A stretch of DNA of 64,000 bases from an uncultured Verrucomicrobiota bacterium (GCA_903953565.1 CAJBKE010000017.1:8012-72011); one strand, 5' to 3'; counted from the stretch's first letter, positions 1 through 7,760 are shown. Numbers and translations are program-made. Notes: a model not told the origin generated them from the sequence alone.

Positions 1-3000
1 ATCCGGTGATGCCGCCGGCCGCGGTGGCGATCTTCCACGTGTAGTTCTGCGTGTTGTCGAATCCGGTCACATCGCCGTCCACATCGGGACCGGTGGATTG
101 GAGCGACCAGAGGTTGATGTTGAACTTGCTGCCGATGTTCAACGCGGTGAGATCGAGGATGCCCGTGGCAGAAATCAAATCCCACGTGGAGGATGTGCCC
201 GCGATGCCCGTCGGGCCAACAATCTGCCAGTTGTAGTTGCCGCCGCCGAGCCAATCGATGTCGCCGTTGATATTCAGCGTGCCGGGGGAATTACCCGGAT
301 TGATCGTGCCGCCGCTTTGCACGGTCGTGTCTCCCACCGTGCCGCTGCCGCTAAGCGTGCCGCCGCTTTGGATGGTCACCGGGCTTGAGGCGATCGAGCC
401 GTTGACCACCAAGAGCCCACTGCCGACCGTGGTCGCGCCGGTGTAGGTGCTGACGCCGCCGAGGGTGAGCGTGCCGGCGGAGCTCTTGGTCATTCCGCCG
501 TTGCCGGAGATGACGCCCGAGGAGGTGCCGTCGTTCATCGCGACAATAAGACCGCGGCCCACGGCGACATCGCCGCCGTTGTAGGATTGGATCGTCGTGC
601 CTGCACCGTTCACGTTGACCGTGCCGCCAGCGACATTGGTGATCGTGGTGTTCGCACCGTCGACGTTCACCGTCGCCGTGCCCGAGACTTCGGCCACCGT
701 GCTGTTATCGCCAGACAAGTCGGTCGTGCCATCAGTGAAGTCGCCGCCGGATATCGTGCCGACATTGAGGATGGTGCCGCCGTTGTTGGTCAGCGCGTTG
801 GCGATGCTGTAGTTCGCCATATCGAGGAAGGTGTTGAGACCAACCGTGATTGCGCCCGAACCGAAGGCGTAGAGGTTGCCCGCGGTGAGTGTGCCGCCGC
901 TGATCCATGTGCCGCCCGAGTAGCTGTTGCTCGCGGAGAGGATCGTCGTGCCGGTGCCGAGTTGGTTCACCGATCCGTTGCCGAAGATCTCGGCCGACAT
1001 GGTGGTGCTGTTGCTCTGGTTGAAGTTGATCACGCCGGCGCCGTCTCCGAAGGCGATGGTCGGGGCAATGATCGTGCCGGCCGTGTCGCTCCCGCCGAAG
1101 GAGCCGATGTTTAGCGTGCCGGAGGAGCCGATTTCTACGGCAATCTCGATGGCGGAAGCCGCGACGCTTCCGCCATTGGCCACCGTGAGGCTGCCGCTGC
1201 CTTGGTATCCAACAACGAGTCCGTCGCTGTTGGTCAAAAGAGAGTTCGCCCCGGTGACCAGCACGCTGTTGTTGGAGGAAGAAGCGAAAAGGCCGATGCC
1301 GATGGCGCTGTCGGTCGCCACCGTGCCGCCATTGGAAATGACCAGACTGTTGTCGCTGCCTTCGTATCCGACAAAGAGTCCGCTGCTGCCGTACAAGAGC
1401 GAGTCCGCCCCAGTAACCAGCACGCTGTTGTTGGAGGAGGTGCCATAAGCGCCCATGATGGCGCTGGAGGCTGTCGCCACCATGCCGCCGTTGGAAATAA
1501 CGAGGCTGCTGCCGCTGCCTTGGTATCCGACAAAGAGTTCGCTGCTGTTGGTCAAAAGAGAGTTCGCTCCGGTGACCAGCACGCTGTTGTTGGAGGCCGT
1601 GTTCGTGTAGCCGATGGCGCTGACGGAGGACGCCACCGTGCCGCCGTTGGAAATGACCAGGCTGTTGCCGCTACCTTCGTATCCGACAAGGAGCTCGTTG
1701 TCTGAGGTCCAGAGGGAGTTCGCCCCGGTGACCAGCACGTTGTTGTTGGAGGAGGAGGCATAAGCGCCGATGGCGCTGGAGGAGGCCGCCACCGTGCCGC
1801 CGTTGGAAATAACGAGGTTGTTGCCGCTACCCGCGACGCCGACTCCGAAAAGGCCGCTGTTGGTCCAGACCGATCCGGTTCCGGTGACCAGCATGCTGTT
1901 GTTGGAGGCCGTGTTGGTGACGCCGATGCCGCCGTCGAGGGAGGTCGCCACCGTGCCGCCGTTGGAAATAACGAGGCTGTTGCCGCTGCCACTCTGGCCG
2001 ACACTGATACCGCCACTATTGGTCCATAGCGAGTTGGTCCCCGTCACAAGAACGCTGTTGTTCGCGGCGCTACCTTCCCTTCCGATGAACCCCTCGCTGC
2101 TCTGCACCGCACCGCCGTCGCTGATGACCAAGCTGTTGCCGGCGCCCGAGTAGCCCACGTTGAGGTCGCCGCTGTTGGTCCAGAGCGAGTCCGTCCCGGT
2201 GACCAGCACGCTGTTGTTGGCGGACAGTGCATCGTAGCCGATGTAGCCGTCAACATTCGCCACCGTTCCTTCGTTGCTAATCACCAAGCTATTGCGGGAC
2301 GAGTTGCTGTATCCGAGTACTAGATTGGTACTAATACTCCAGAGCGACTCGGCTCCCGTCACCAGCACGCTGTTGTTGGAGGAGTCGAGCGACCCGATGA
2401 ATCCCCGTCCCGCATACACACTTGCACCGTTGGAGATGGTCAGGCTGTTCGAGGTGCTTCCACCGGAAGGAGCATAGAGACCGCCGCCGCCGATCGCCAG
2501 GGAGTCCGAGCTCCTCCACGTCGAATTGCTACCGGTCACCAGCACAGAGTTATTGGAGGCTGATGATAAGACGCCGATGGCGGCATAGGCATTGCTGACA
2601 CTGGCACCATCGGAGATCGTGAGCGTATTGCCTGCTCCATAGACTCCAATCCCCAAGGCAGACTGCAAGATCCACGATGATCCGGCACCGGTGACATGGA
2701 CGGAATTATTCGACGAATCGGCCGCGAAAGACATGTAGCTTGATCCGCTCAAGACTCGGCCACCATTGGAAACAACCAGGCTGTTGCCGCTGCCCTGGTT
2801 GCCGACGTAGAATTGGTCGTCGCTGTTGGTCCAGAGCGAATCCGTTCCGGTGACGAGCACCCTGTTGTTGGAGGAGGTGGAGGCATTTCCGATAAAGCCG
2901 GAACCGGTCGCCACCGTGCCGCCGTTGGAGATAACTAGGCTGTTGCCGGCGCCATCATTGCCGACACGGAAACTGCCGCTGTTGGTCCACGCCGAGTTGG

Positions 3001-5404
3001 CCCCCGTCACAAGAACGCTGTTGTTCGCGGCGCTACCTTCCCTTCCGATGAACCCCTCGCTGCTCTGCACCGTGCCACCGGCGCTGACGACCAAACTGTT
3101 GCCCTCGCCCGAGTAGCCCACATTGAGGTCGTTGCCGCTGTTGATGGAACCAGTGACTTCGAGTTGCCCACCGTCGATCGTTGTCGTGCCGGTGTAGGTG
3201 TTGGCTCCGCTTAAGATCGTCGTGCCGGTGCCGAGTTGGTTCACCGATCCGTTGCCGGAAATGGCAGCCGACAAGGTGGTGCTGTCGCTCTGGTTGAAGT
3301 TGATCGTGCCGGTGCCCGCGGTGACATTGGTGCCGAAGGCGATGGTCGCAGCGGCGATCGTGCCCGCGGTGTCATTGGTGCCGAAGCGACCGATGTTCAG
3401 CGTGCCTATTGATCCGGCATCAGTAGCCACAACGACGCTGGTGGAGGCAAAGGCTCCACCGTTGGCCACCGTCAAGATCCCCTCGCCCGTCGTTCCCAGA
3501 AAGAGAACCCCGTTGTTGGTCCAAAGGGAGCCCGCCCCCGTGATGAGAGCGGAGTTACCGGTGCCAGAATAGCCGCCAACGCTGCTACTCCCGCTGGAAT
3601 AGACCTTGCCACCTGAGGAGACGACCATCGCGTTGTTGGAACTGCCGTCGGCGTCCGCGATCCAAATGCCGTAAGCCCTGTCGGTCGCCACATTGACGCT
3701 GAGCGTCGATGCTCCGCTCACGGTGAGCGTGTTGCCGGAGGAAGTGCCGGTCTCTCCAAGCGAAAAATAGTCGCTGTCGGAAGTGCCAACGACCGTAACG
3801 CTCGCACCATCGGAGATACTCAGGCTGTTGCTGCTCCCACCGTAGCCGACAAAGAATCCGTTCGTGACAGCCAGAGAGGAATTGGTTCCAGTCACCGTCA
3901 CAGAGTTGTTGGCTGAGTTGTCCGCGTAGCCGACGTAGCCGACGTAGCCTACCGCGACACTGCCGCCGTTACTGATGACCAGGCTGTTGCCGCTGCCACT
4001 GTAGCCGACATAAAGGTAGCCGCTGTTGGTCAAAAGAGAGTTCGCCCCGGTGACCAGAACGCTGTTGTTGGCAGCATTGTTGCTGAAACCGATGGAGATG
4101 TTGTAGCCGCCCACCGCCACCTTGCCGCCGTTGGAGATCGTTAGGCTGTTGTACTCGCCTCCGTAGCCGACATAAAAGTCGTTTGCGTTGGTCAAAAGAG
4201 AGTTCGCCCCGGTGACCAGAACGCTGTTGTTGGCAGCAGTGCTGCTGAAACCGATGAAGCTGTTGCCGTCATTTTCGCCCACCGCCACCGTGCCGCCATC
4301 GGAGATGACCATGCTGTTACCATCGCCGGCCTTACCGACAATAAAATTTGTCCTACTGGTCAAAAGAGAGTTCACCCCGGTGACCAGAACGCTGTTGTTG
4401 GCAGCAAGGCTGCCGTCACCGATAGCCGTGTCCCCGACTACCGAAACTGTGCCGCCGTCGGAGATGACCATGCTGTTACCATCGCCGTCGAGGCCGACAG
4501 AAAGAGTGCTGCTATTGTTCAAGAAAGAGTCCGCCCCGGTGACTAGCACGCTGTTGTTGGAAGAAGTTTCGTAGCCACCGATCTCGTGTCTGCCGACGAC
4601 TTCCATTCCGCCGCCATTGGAAACCACCAAGCTGTTCCAACCGCTATTGGTGCCAGAGAGCCCGCCAACTCTCAGGAAGCCAATGTTGGTCCAGCGCGAG
4701 TCTGTCCCGGTGACCAGCACGCTGTTGCTGCTGGCACCGGAATTGAAACCTATCGAGGTGTTGCCGCCAATCAGCACCGTGCCTCCGTTGGAGACAGATA
4801 GGCTGTTCCCGCTGCCAAAATTGCCGACTCTAAGTTCGCCGCGATTGGTCAAGATCGAGCCCGCGTCGGTGACCAGCACGCTGTTGTTGGAGGCCGTGTT
4901 GGTGAAACCGATATGGAAGGTATTGTTAGCGGTATTAGCAACCCCGCCACCGTCGGAAACGACCAAGCTGTTCCCGCTGCCCTCCTGGCCGACCCTCAGA
5001 GAGTTACCATTCGTCCAGACCGAACCAGCCCCAGTCACCAACGCGCTGTTGTTGTTCGCCGTGTTGCTGAAACCGACATAGGAGGCGCCGATCGATCGCA
5101 GCTTGCCGCCGTTGCTGATCACCATGCTGTTGCTACTACCGCCGTTGCCGACATAGACACTCGCTCTGTTGGTCAAGAAAGTGCCAGCATTGTAAATGCT
5201 CAGCGTATTGGAGTCGTCGCCCCCCAAAAATCCGACAAAGATGTTGGTGTAGGCTATCGTGCCCGAGGTGAAGTTGCTGCTCACGCCGGAGGAGTTCGAG
5301 CCGACGACGAGGTTGGTCTGCGCGTGCAGCGTGCTCGCGGTAAACAAAGTCAGCAGGGCTGCGGCGGCGAAGAGGAAGAGAGGGCGATGTTTCATGGTTT
5401 TCAT
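1..5404 (-). CDS. giant autotransporter-associated beta-strand-repeat surface protein, N-terminal >1,800 aa (3' end lies beyond the left window edge)
   Basis: Absent from the supplied ORF track because it has no stop inside the window. Found by translating the minus strand from ATG 5404 (alternative ATG 5395). The product starts MKTMKHRPLFLFAAAALLTLFTASTLHAQ (signal peptide), followed by many ~40-aa repeats of the form NNSVLVTGxxSxWTNxxxLxVGxxGxGNSLVISNGGxV. It also has LNIGRFGTNDTAGTI..INFNQSD..NTYTGTTTI blocks and AGTLTLGGVSTYTGATTV near nt 420-480. I checked the frame at 5404-2900, 2522-2580 and 420-480. No other minus ORF of 60 aa or more is listed in this frame, which fits one uninterrupted frame. 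Confidence 0.85.
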   Translation of the reverse strand, partial: MKTMKHRPLFLFAAAALLTLFTASTLHAQTNLVVGSNSSGVSSNFTSGTIAYTNIFVGFLGGDDSNTLSIYNAGTFLTNRASVYVGNGGSSNSMVISNGGKLRSIGASYVGFSNTANNNSALVTGAGSVWTNGNSLRVGQEGSGNSLVVSDGGGVANTANNTFHIGFTNTASNNSVLVTDAGSILTNRGELRVGNFGSGNSLSVSNGGTVLIGGNTSIGFNSGASSNSVLVTGTDSRWTNIGFLRVGGLSGTNSGWNSLVVSNGGGMEVVGRHEIGGYETSSNNSVLVTGADSFLNNSSTLSVGLDGDGNSMVISDGGTVSVVGDTAIGDGSLAANNSVLVTGVNSLLTSRTNFIVGKAGDGNSMVISDGGTVAVGENDGNSFIGFSSTAANNSVLVTGANSLLTNANDFYVGYGGEYNSLTISNGGKVAVGGYNISIGFSNNAANNSVLVTGANSLLTNSGYLYVGYSGSGNSLVISNGGSVAVGYVGYVGYADNSANNSVTVTGTNSSLAVTNGFFVGYGGSSNSLSISDGASVTVVGTSDSDYFSLGETGTSSGNTLTVSGASTLSVNVATDRAYGIWIADADGSSNNAMVVSSGGKVYSSGSSSVGGYSGTGNSALITGAGSLWTNNGVLFLGTTGEGILTVANGGAFASTSVVVATDAGSIGTLNIGRFGTNDTAGTIAAATIAFGTNVTAGTGTINFNQSDSTTLSAAISGNGSVNQLGTGTTILSGANTYTGTTTIDGGQLEVTGSINSGNDLNVGYSGEGNSLVVSAGGTVQSSEGFIGREGSAANNSVLVTGANSAWTNSGSFRVGNDGAGNSLVISNGGTVATGSGFIGNASTSSNNRVLVTGTDSLWTNSDDQFYVGNQGSGNSLVVSNGGRVLSGSSYMSFAADSSNNSVHVTGAGSSWILQSALGIGVYGAGNTLTISDGASVSNAYAAIGVLSSASNNSVLVTGSNSTWRSSDSLAIGGGGLYAPSGGSTSNSLTISNGASVYAGRGFIGSLDSSNNSVLVTGAESLWSISTNLVLGYSNSSRNSLVISNEGTVANVDGYIGYDALSANNSVLVTGTDSLWTNSGDLNVGYSGAGNSLVISDGGAVQSSEGFIGREGSAANNSVLVTGTNSLWTNSGGISVGQSGSGNSLVISNGGTVATSLDGGIGVTNTASNNSMLVTGTGSVWTNSGLFGVGVAGSGNNLVISNGGTVAASSSAIGAYASSSNNNVLVTGANSLWTSDNELLVGYEGSGNSLVISNGGTVASSVSAIGYTNTASNNSVLVTGANSLLTNSSELFVGYQGSGSSLVISNGGMVATASSAIMGAYGTSSNNSVLVTGADSLLYGSSGLFVGYEGSDNSLVISNGGTVATDSAIGIGLFASSSNNSVLVTGANSLLTNSDGLVVGYQGSGSLTVANGGSVAASAIEIAVEIGSSGTLNIGSFGGSDTAGTIIAPTIAFGDGAGVINFNQSNSTTMSAEIFGNGSVNQLGTGTTILSASNSYSGGTWISGGTLTAGNLYAFGSGAITVGLNTFLDMANYSIANALTNNGGTILNVGTISGGDFTDGTTDLSGDNSTVAEVSGTATVNVDGANTTITNVAGGTVNVNGAGTTIQSYNGGDVAVGRGLIVAMNDGTSSGVISGNGGMTKSSAGTLTLGGVSTYTGATTVGSGLLVVNGSIASSPVTIQSGGTLSGSGTVGDTTVQSGGTINPGNSPGTLNINGDIDWLGGGNYNWQIVGPTGIAGTSSTWDLISATGILDLTALNIGSKFNINLWSLQSTGPDVDGDVTGFDNTQNYTWKIATAAGGITG

Positions 5405-5464
5405 CAAGTCGGGTGTGGTGGCTGGCGGTTTGATCGGTCGTGCGGAAGCGCGCTGTTTTTACCT

Positions 5465-5587
5465 CCCCCCAAGCCCATTCCAATAAAAATCACAAAAAAT
5501 GCGACGAAACGGTCACGGGGGCGGTTTTCGGGCGGAAAAAGCGGCCACCGATTAACGCGGATAAAAGGCAGGATATGAATTGGGCTG
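5465..5587 (-). promoter_or_regulatory. conserved 5' leader/promoter element, copy A (upstream of the giant surface-protein gene)
   Basis: Nucleotide-level match to 7308-7484. Shared blocks on the plus strand are C-run+AAGCCCAT, AATAAAAAT, CGACGAAACGG, TCACG.GGGCGGTTT, GCGGCCACCGAT and TAAACGCGGATAAAAGGCAGGATATGAATT.GGCTG. It contains the only strongly AT-rich core in this GC-rich region. Indels break any common reading frame, so it is non-coding. Confidence 0.7.
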
Positions 5588-5774
5588 ACTGACATCAGCC
5601 AAGCTCATTGCCTCCGGAAGAAAACGGGATTTGCCGGAACCGGAGTCCGCCGCAGCGGAGGTAGATGGGCCCTTAGGCAACCACGCGGCAAACGCCCGGG
5701 GACGAAGCGCAAACCATGAGGTTTGCCCATCCGTGTGCGTTGACCGCACTCAAGGTCGCGGATAAAGTCCCACC

Positions 5775-5993
5775 ATGAGCACGGCAACACTCGAACTGGT
5801 GCGCCTCTGCGAGGCCCTGCCCGAGGCCAAACAGACCGAAGTCACCGACTTCGCGCGATTTTTGCTCGAGCGCGAAGCCGACGAGAGGTGGGAAGCGATC
5901 GTCGCCGAGGGCCAGCCCCGGGCCAAGTTCGAGGCATTCCTGTGCGCGGCGGCCTCCGAGCCGGCCGAGCCTCTCGACCCGAATCGGCTGTGA
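5775..5993 (+). CDS. type II antitoxin (DUF2281-like), partner of the downstream ParE/RelE-family toxin
   Basis: 72-aa ORF MSTATLELVRLCEALPEAKQTEVTDFARFLLEREADERW. It is small and acidic. Its stop overlaps the GTG of the next ORF (GTGA). Confidence 0.6.
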   Translation: MSTATLELVRLCEALPEAKQTEVTDFARFLLEREADERWEAIVAEGQPRAKFEAFLCAAASEPAEPLDPNRL

Positions 5994-6253
5994 TATCGAC
6001 CGTCAGGCCCAGCTTCTGGCGAGCCTACGGCGCACTGGCGGAGAACACCAAACGCGATGCACGACGAGCCTACGCGCTTTTTGCCCAAGATCCCGGGCAC
6101 CCTTCACTTCGCTTCAAAAAACTGTCTGGTTACGCCGACGTATGGTCCGTCCGCATTTCCGCTCAATACCGGGCGGTCGGGCAACGCAGCGGGTATGAAA
6201 TCGTTTGGGTCTGGATCGGTTCACACAACGACTTCGACAAGCTCTTCGGTTAG
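5990..6253 (+). CDS. type II toxin, ParE/RelE superfamily
   Basis: GTG at 5990 is in frame with track ORF 5888-6253. The 87-aa product carries the family-typical motif HPSLRFKKLSGYADVWSVRISAQYRAVGQRSGYEIVWVWIGSHNDFDKLF. Confidence 0.7.
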   Translation: MISTVRPSFWRAYGALAENTKRDARRAYALFAQDPGHPSLRFKKLSGYADVWSVRISAQYRAVGQRSGYEIVWVWIGSHNDFDKLFG

Positions 6254-6262
6254 CACGGCCAC

Positions 6263-6450
6263 GATGCATGCTTGCGGACGGTCGCCACGCCGACCGTCCC
6301 TACCGCAATGCATTTTCCCCGCACGGTAGGGTCCGCTGGCCTCTCCGAGCCGTAGGTTCTCCGAGCCGGAGGCCCAGCGGACCGTGTAGATTCCAGACGA
6401 AATTCCAGACGAAAGGCAGCGGACGGCTAGAGCCAGCCGTCCCTACCGCG
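6263..6450. repeat. cluster of REP-like hairpins (family 2: GGACGGCTGG-loop-CCAGCCGTCC with a CCCTAC/GTAGGG tail) plus a 12-nt tandem repeat
   Basis: Hairpin copies lie at 6276-6304, 6326-6389 and 6421-6447. ATTCCAGACGAA occurs twice in tandem at 6390-6413, and CTCCGAGCC occurs twice inside the second hairpin loop. Related hairpins lie at 7705-7732, 51316-51339 and 63278-63301. Confidence 0.8.
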
Positions 6451-6531
6451 CAGACGCATCAAATGCGGCCCAGAAAAACAAACACCCGCACGTTGCCGTG
6501 CGGGTGTCGCTTGTGAGCGGCGATTGAAAAA

Positions 6532-7230
6532 TCAGGCAACCTTCGCGCGCTTGCGCCAGCGCATGAAGCCGGCGCCGCCGGCGAGCAGGGCTGCGGCGGC
6601 CCAGGTGCCGGGTTCGGGCACGGCGGCACTGGGTGTAAAGATGTCCGCACCGACCACACTCTCATAGGCGCCGCCAAGGACTTGGAATTGTCCGGTGGAG
6701 GCAGTCCATGTGGTGTTGAGCCAACCATAGTTGCCGGCCTGGGTTTTGAACCCAAGATAGTTGCTGCTCGTGAAGTCCGGGGAAGTGAAGGTTCCCGTGC
6801 TATACCAGCTAGCGTTGTTGACGATCGTCTGCGAGAAAGAAGAGACGACGATGTGCCCCACCCCGTCGGTAAACCCTGATCCTGTCGTGCTCTTGATCGA
6901 CTGACCAGGGTAGTAAGCGAAAGGCTTAGACTGAATGTTGGGCGGTGTGGCACCGTTAGCAATTTCAAGCGTGCCGCTGGTTCCGGCGTTTCCCAATCCG
7001 TGGAAGGTGTTCGATGCGCCGTTCGTGTAATTGTTGTAAATCCTCAGCTTGACACCGGTAATGATGGTGAAGTCGGCAAACGTTCCTGCCGCAATTCCGC
7101 CGTTGATTCCGTTGAAAGCGGAAACATCGATGCTCACGAGAGCCGCCTGCGCGGTGCCGGTTGGGGAGAAAAGGCCCGCCGCGACAAGCATCGCGAGAAA
7201 GCCGGTGAGGAATGAGGATGCTTTTTTCAT
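6532..7230 (-). CDS. small secreted PEP-CTERM-anchored protein
   Basis: Real start is the ATG at 7230 (MKKASSFLTGFLAMLVAAGLFSPTGTAQA signal peptide). The C-terminus VPEPGTWAAAALLAGGAGFMRWRKRAKVA is PEP motif + TM + basic tail. The track ORF extension to 7644 reads through the non-coding conserved leader. Confidence 0.8.
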   Translation of the reverse strand: MKKASSFLTGFLAMLVAAGLFSPTGTAQAALVSIDVSAFNGINGGIAAGTFADFTIITGVKLRIYNNYTNGASNTFHGLGNAGTSGTLEIANGATPPNIQSKPFAYYPGQSIKSTTGSGFTDGVGHIVVSSFSQTIVNNASWYSTGTFTSPDFTSSNYLGFKTQAGNYGWLNTTWTASTGQFQVLGGAYESVVGADIFTPSAAVPEPGTWAAAALLAGGAGFMRWRKRAKVA

Positions 7231-7307
7231 GGTGAGTGGTTTTAGAGGTGGGTTGGTGTCTGCTTGCTGATTGACCGTGGGTGCTTCAAAAGGCGCGCGC
7301 ACATTAA

Positions 7308-7484
7308 CCCCCCCCAAGCCCATCGCAATAAAAATTACGAAAAATACGACGAAACGGCCGAAAAGCGCGACGAAATGGTCACGAGGGCGGTTTCCGAACG
7401 GAAAAGGCGGCCACCGATCCGCCTCCGCACGCTTACGGCGGGACAAGTTAAACGCGGATAAAAGGCAGGATATGAATTCGGCTG
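7308..7484 (-). promoter_or_regulatory. conserved 5' leader/promoter element, copy B (upstream of the small PEP-CTERM gene)
   Basis: Same blocks as copy A. It differs by a C8 run instead of C6, a 22-nt internal duplication of the (A/G)TTTCGTCG unit (sense strand), and a ~30-nt insertion. Confidence 0.7.
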
Positions 7485-7545
7485 CCTGATTGCCTAAGGG
7501 GCCATCTCCGGTTCGCTTCGGTTCCAACGCGGTTTCCAGATTGAA

Positions 7546-7578
7546 ATATCGCGCTCGGAGAGCGCGATCCACCTTGCC
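7546..7578. repeat. REP-like hairpin family 3 (ATCGCGC-N6-GCGCGAT + CCACCTTGCC)
   Basis: ATATCGCGCTCGGAGAGCGCGATCCACCTTGCC. Related copies lie at 12177-12204, 51358-51384 (reverse) and 51395-51428. Confidence 0.75.
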
Positions 7579-7704
7579 AGACGTCCAGGACTTTTTCGTG
7601 GTTGGTATTAATCCGTGGCTGGACTGGCTCTGAACTGGATTCATGCCGCAACGGCCGTATGCAACGTAGTCCGCCGCGGTGGACGGAAAGAGCCCTCAGC
7701 CAGC

Positions 7705-7732
7705 GGACGACTGGGACCAGCCGTCCCTACCC
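7705..7732. repeat. REP-like hairpin family 2
   Basis: GGACGACTGGGACCAGCCGTCCCTACCC, the same architecture as the 6.3-6.45 kb copies. Confidence 0.7.
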
Positions 7733-7760
7733 GGCGGGGAGGAAGATCGCGTAGCGGATC

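Noticed and set aside
51-5081. Series of 60-220-aa plus-strand ORFs with recurrent PVTSTLLLEE / TVPPLEMTRLLPLP strings (same type at 8026-11487)
   Set aside because: They are mirror images of the minus-strand NSVLVTG..GNSLVISNGG repeats. They are interrupted by stops every 60-200 codons, whereas the minus frame is continuous.
5532-5549. Possible sigma-54 promoter (TGGCCGCTTTTTCCGC) inside the conserved leader. I considered it because PEP-CTERM systems can have sigma-54-dependent regulators.
   Set aside because: The GG-to-GC spacing is one nt too long in copy A, and the -12 GC is absent in copy B (TGGCCGCCTTTTCCGT). It does not fit TGGCAC-N5-TTGC.
5404-5595. 63-aa ORF and the N-terminal 138 aa of ORF 6532-7644, which share peptide strings (IHILPFIRV, FVIFIGMGLGG)
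   Set aside because: The similarity is at DNA level. Indels of 22 and ~30 nt shift the frame between the copies, and one copy has an in-frame stop. I therefore treat this as the non-coding conserved leader.
5405-5774. c-di-GMP or other riboswitch upstream of the adhesin genes
   Set aside because: I could find no match by eye to GEMM-I/II or other consensus cores I know. A covariance-model scan would be needed to exclude it formally.
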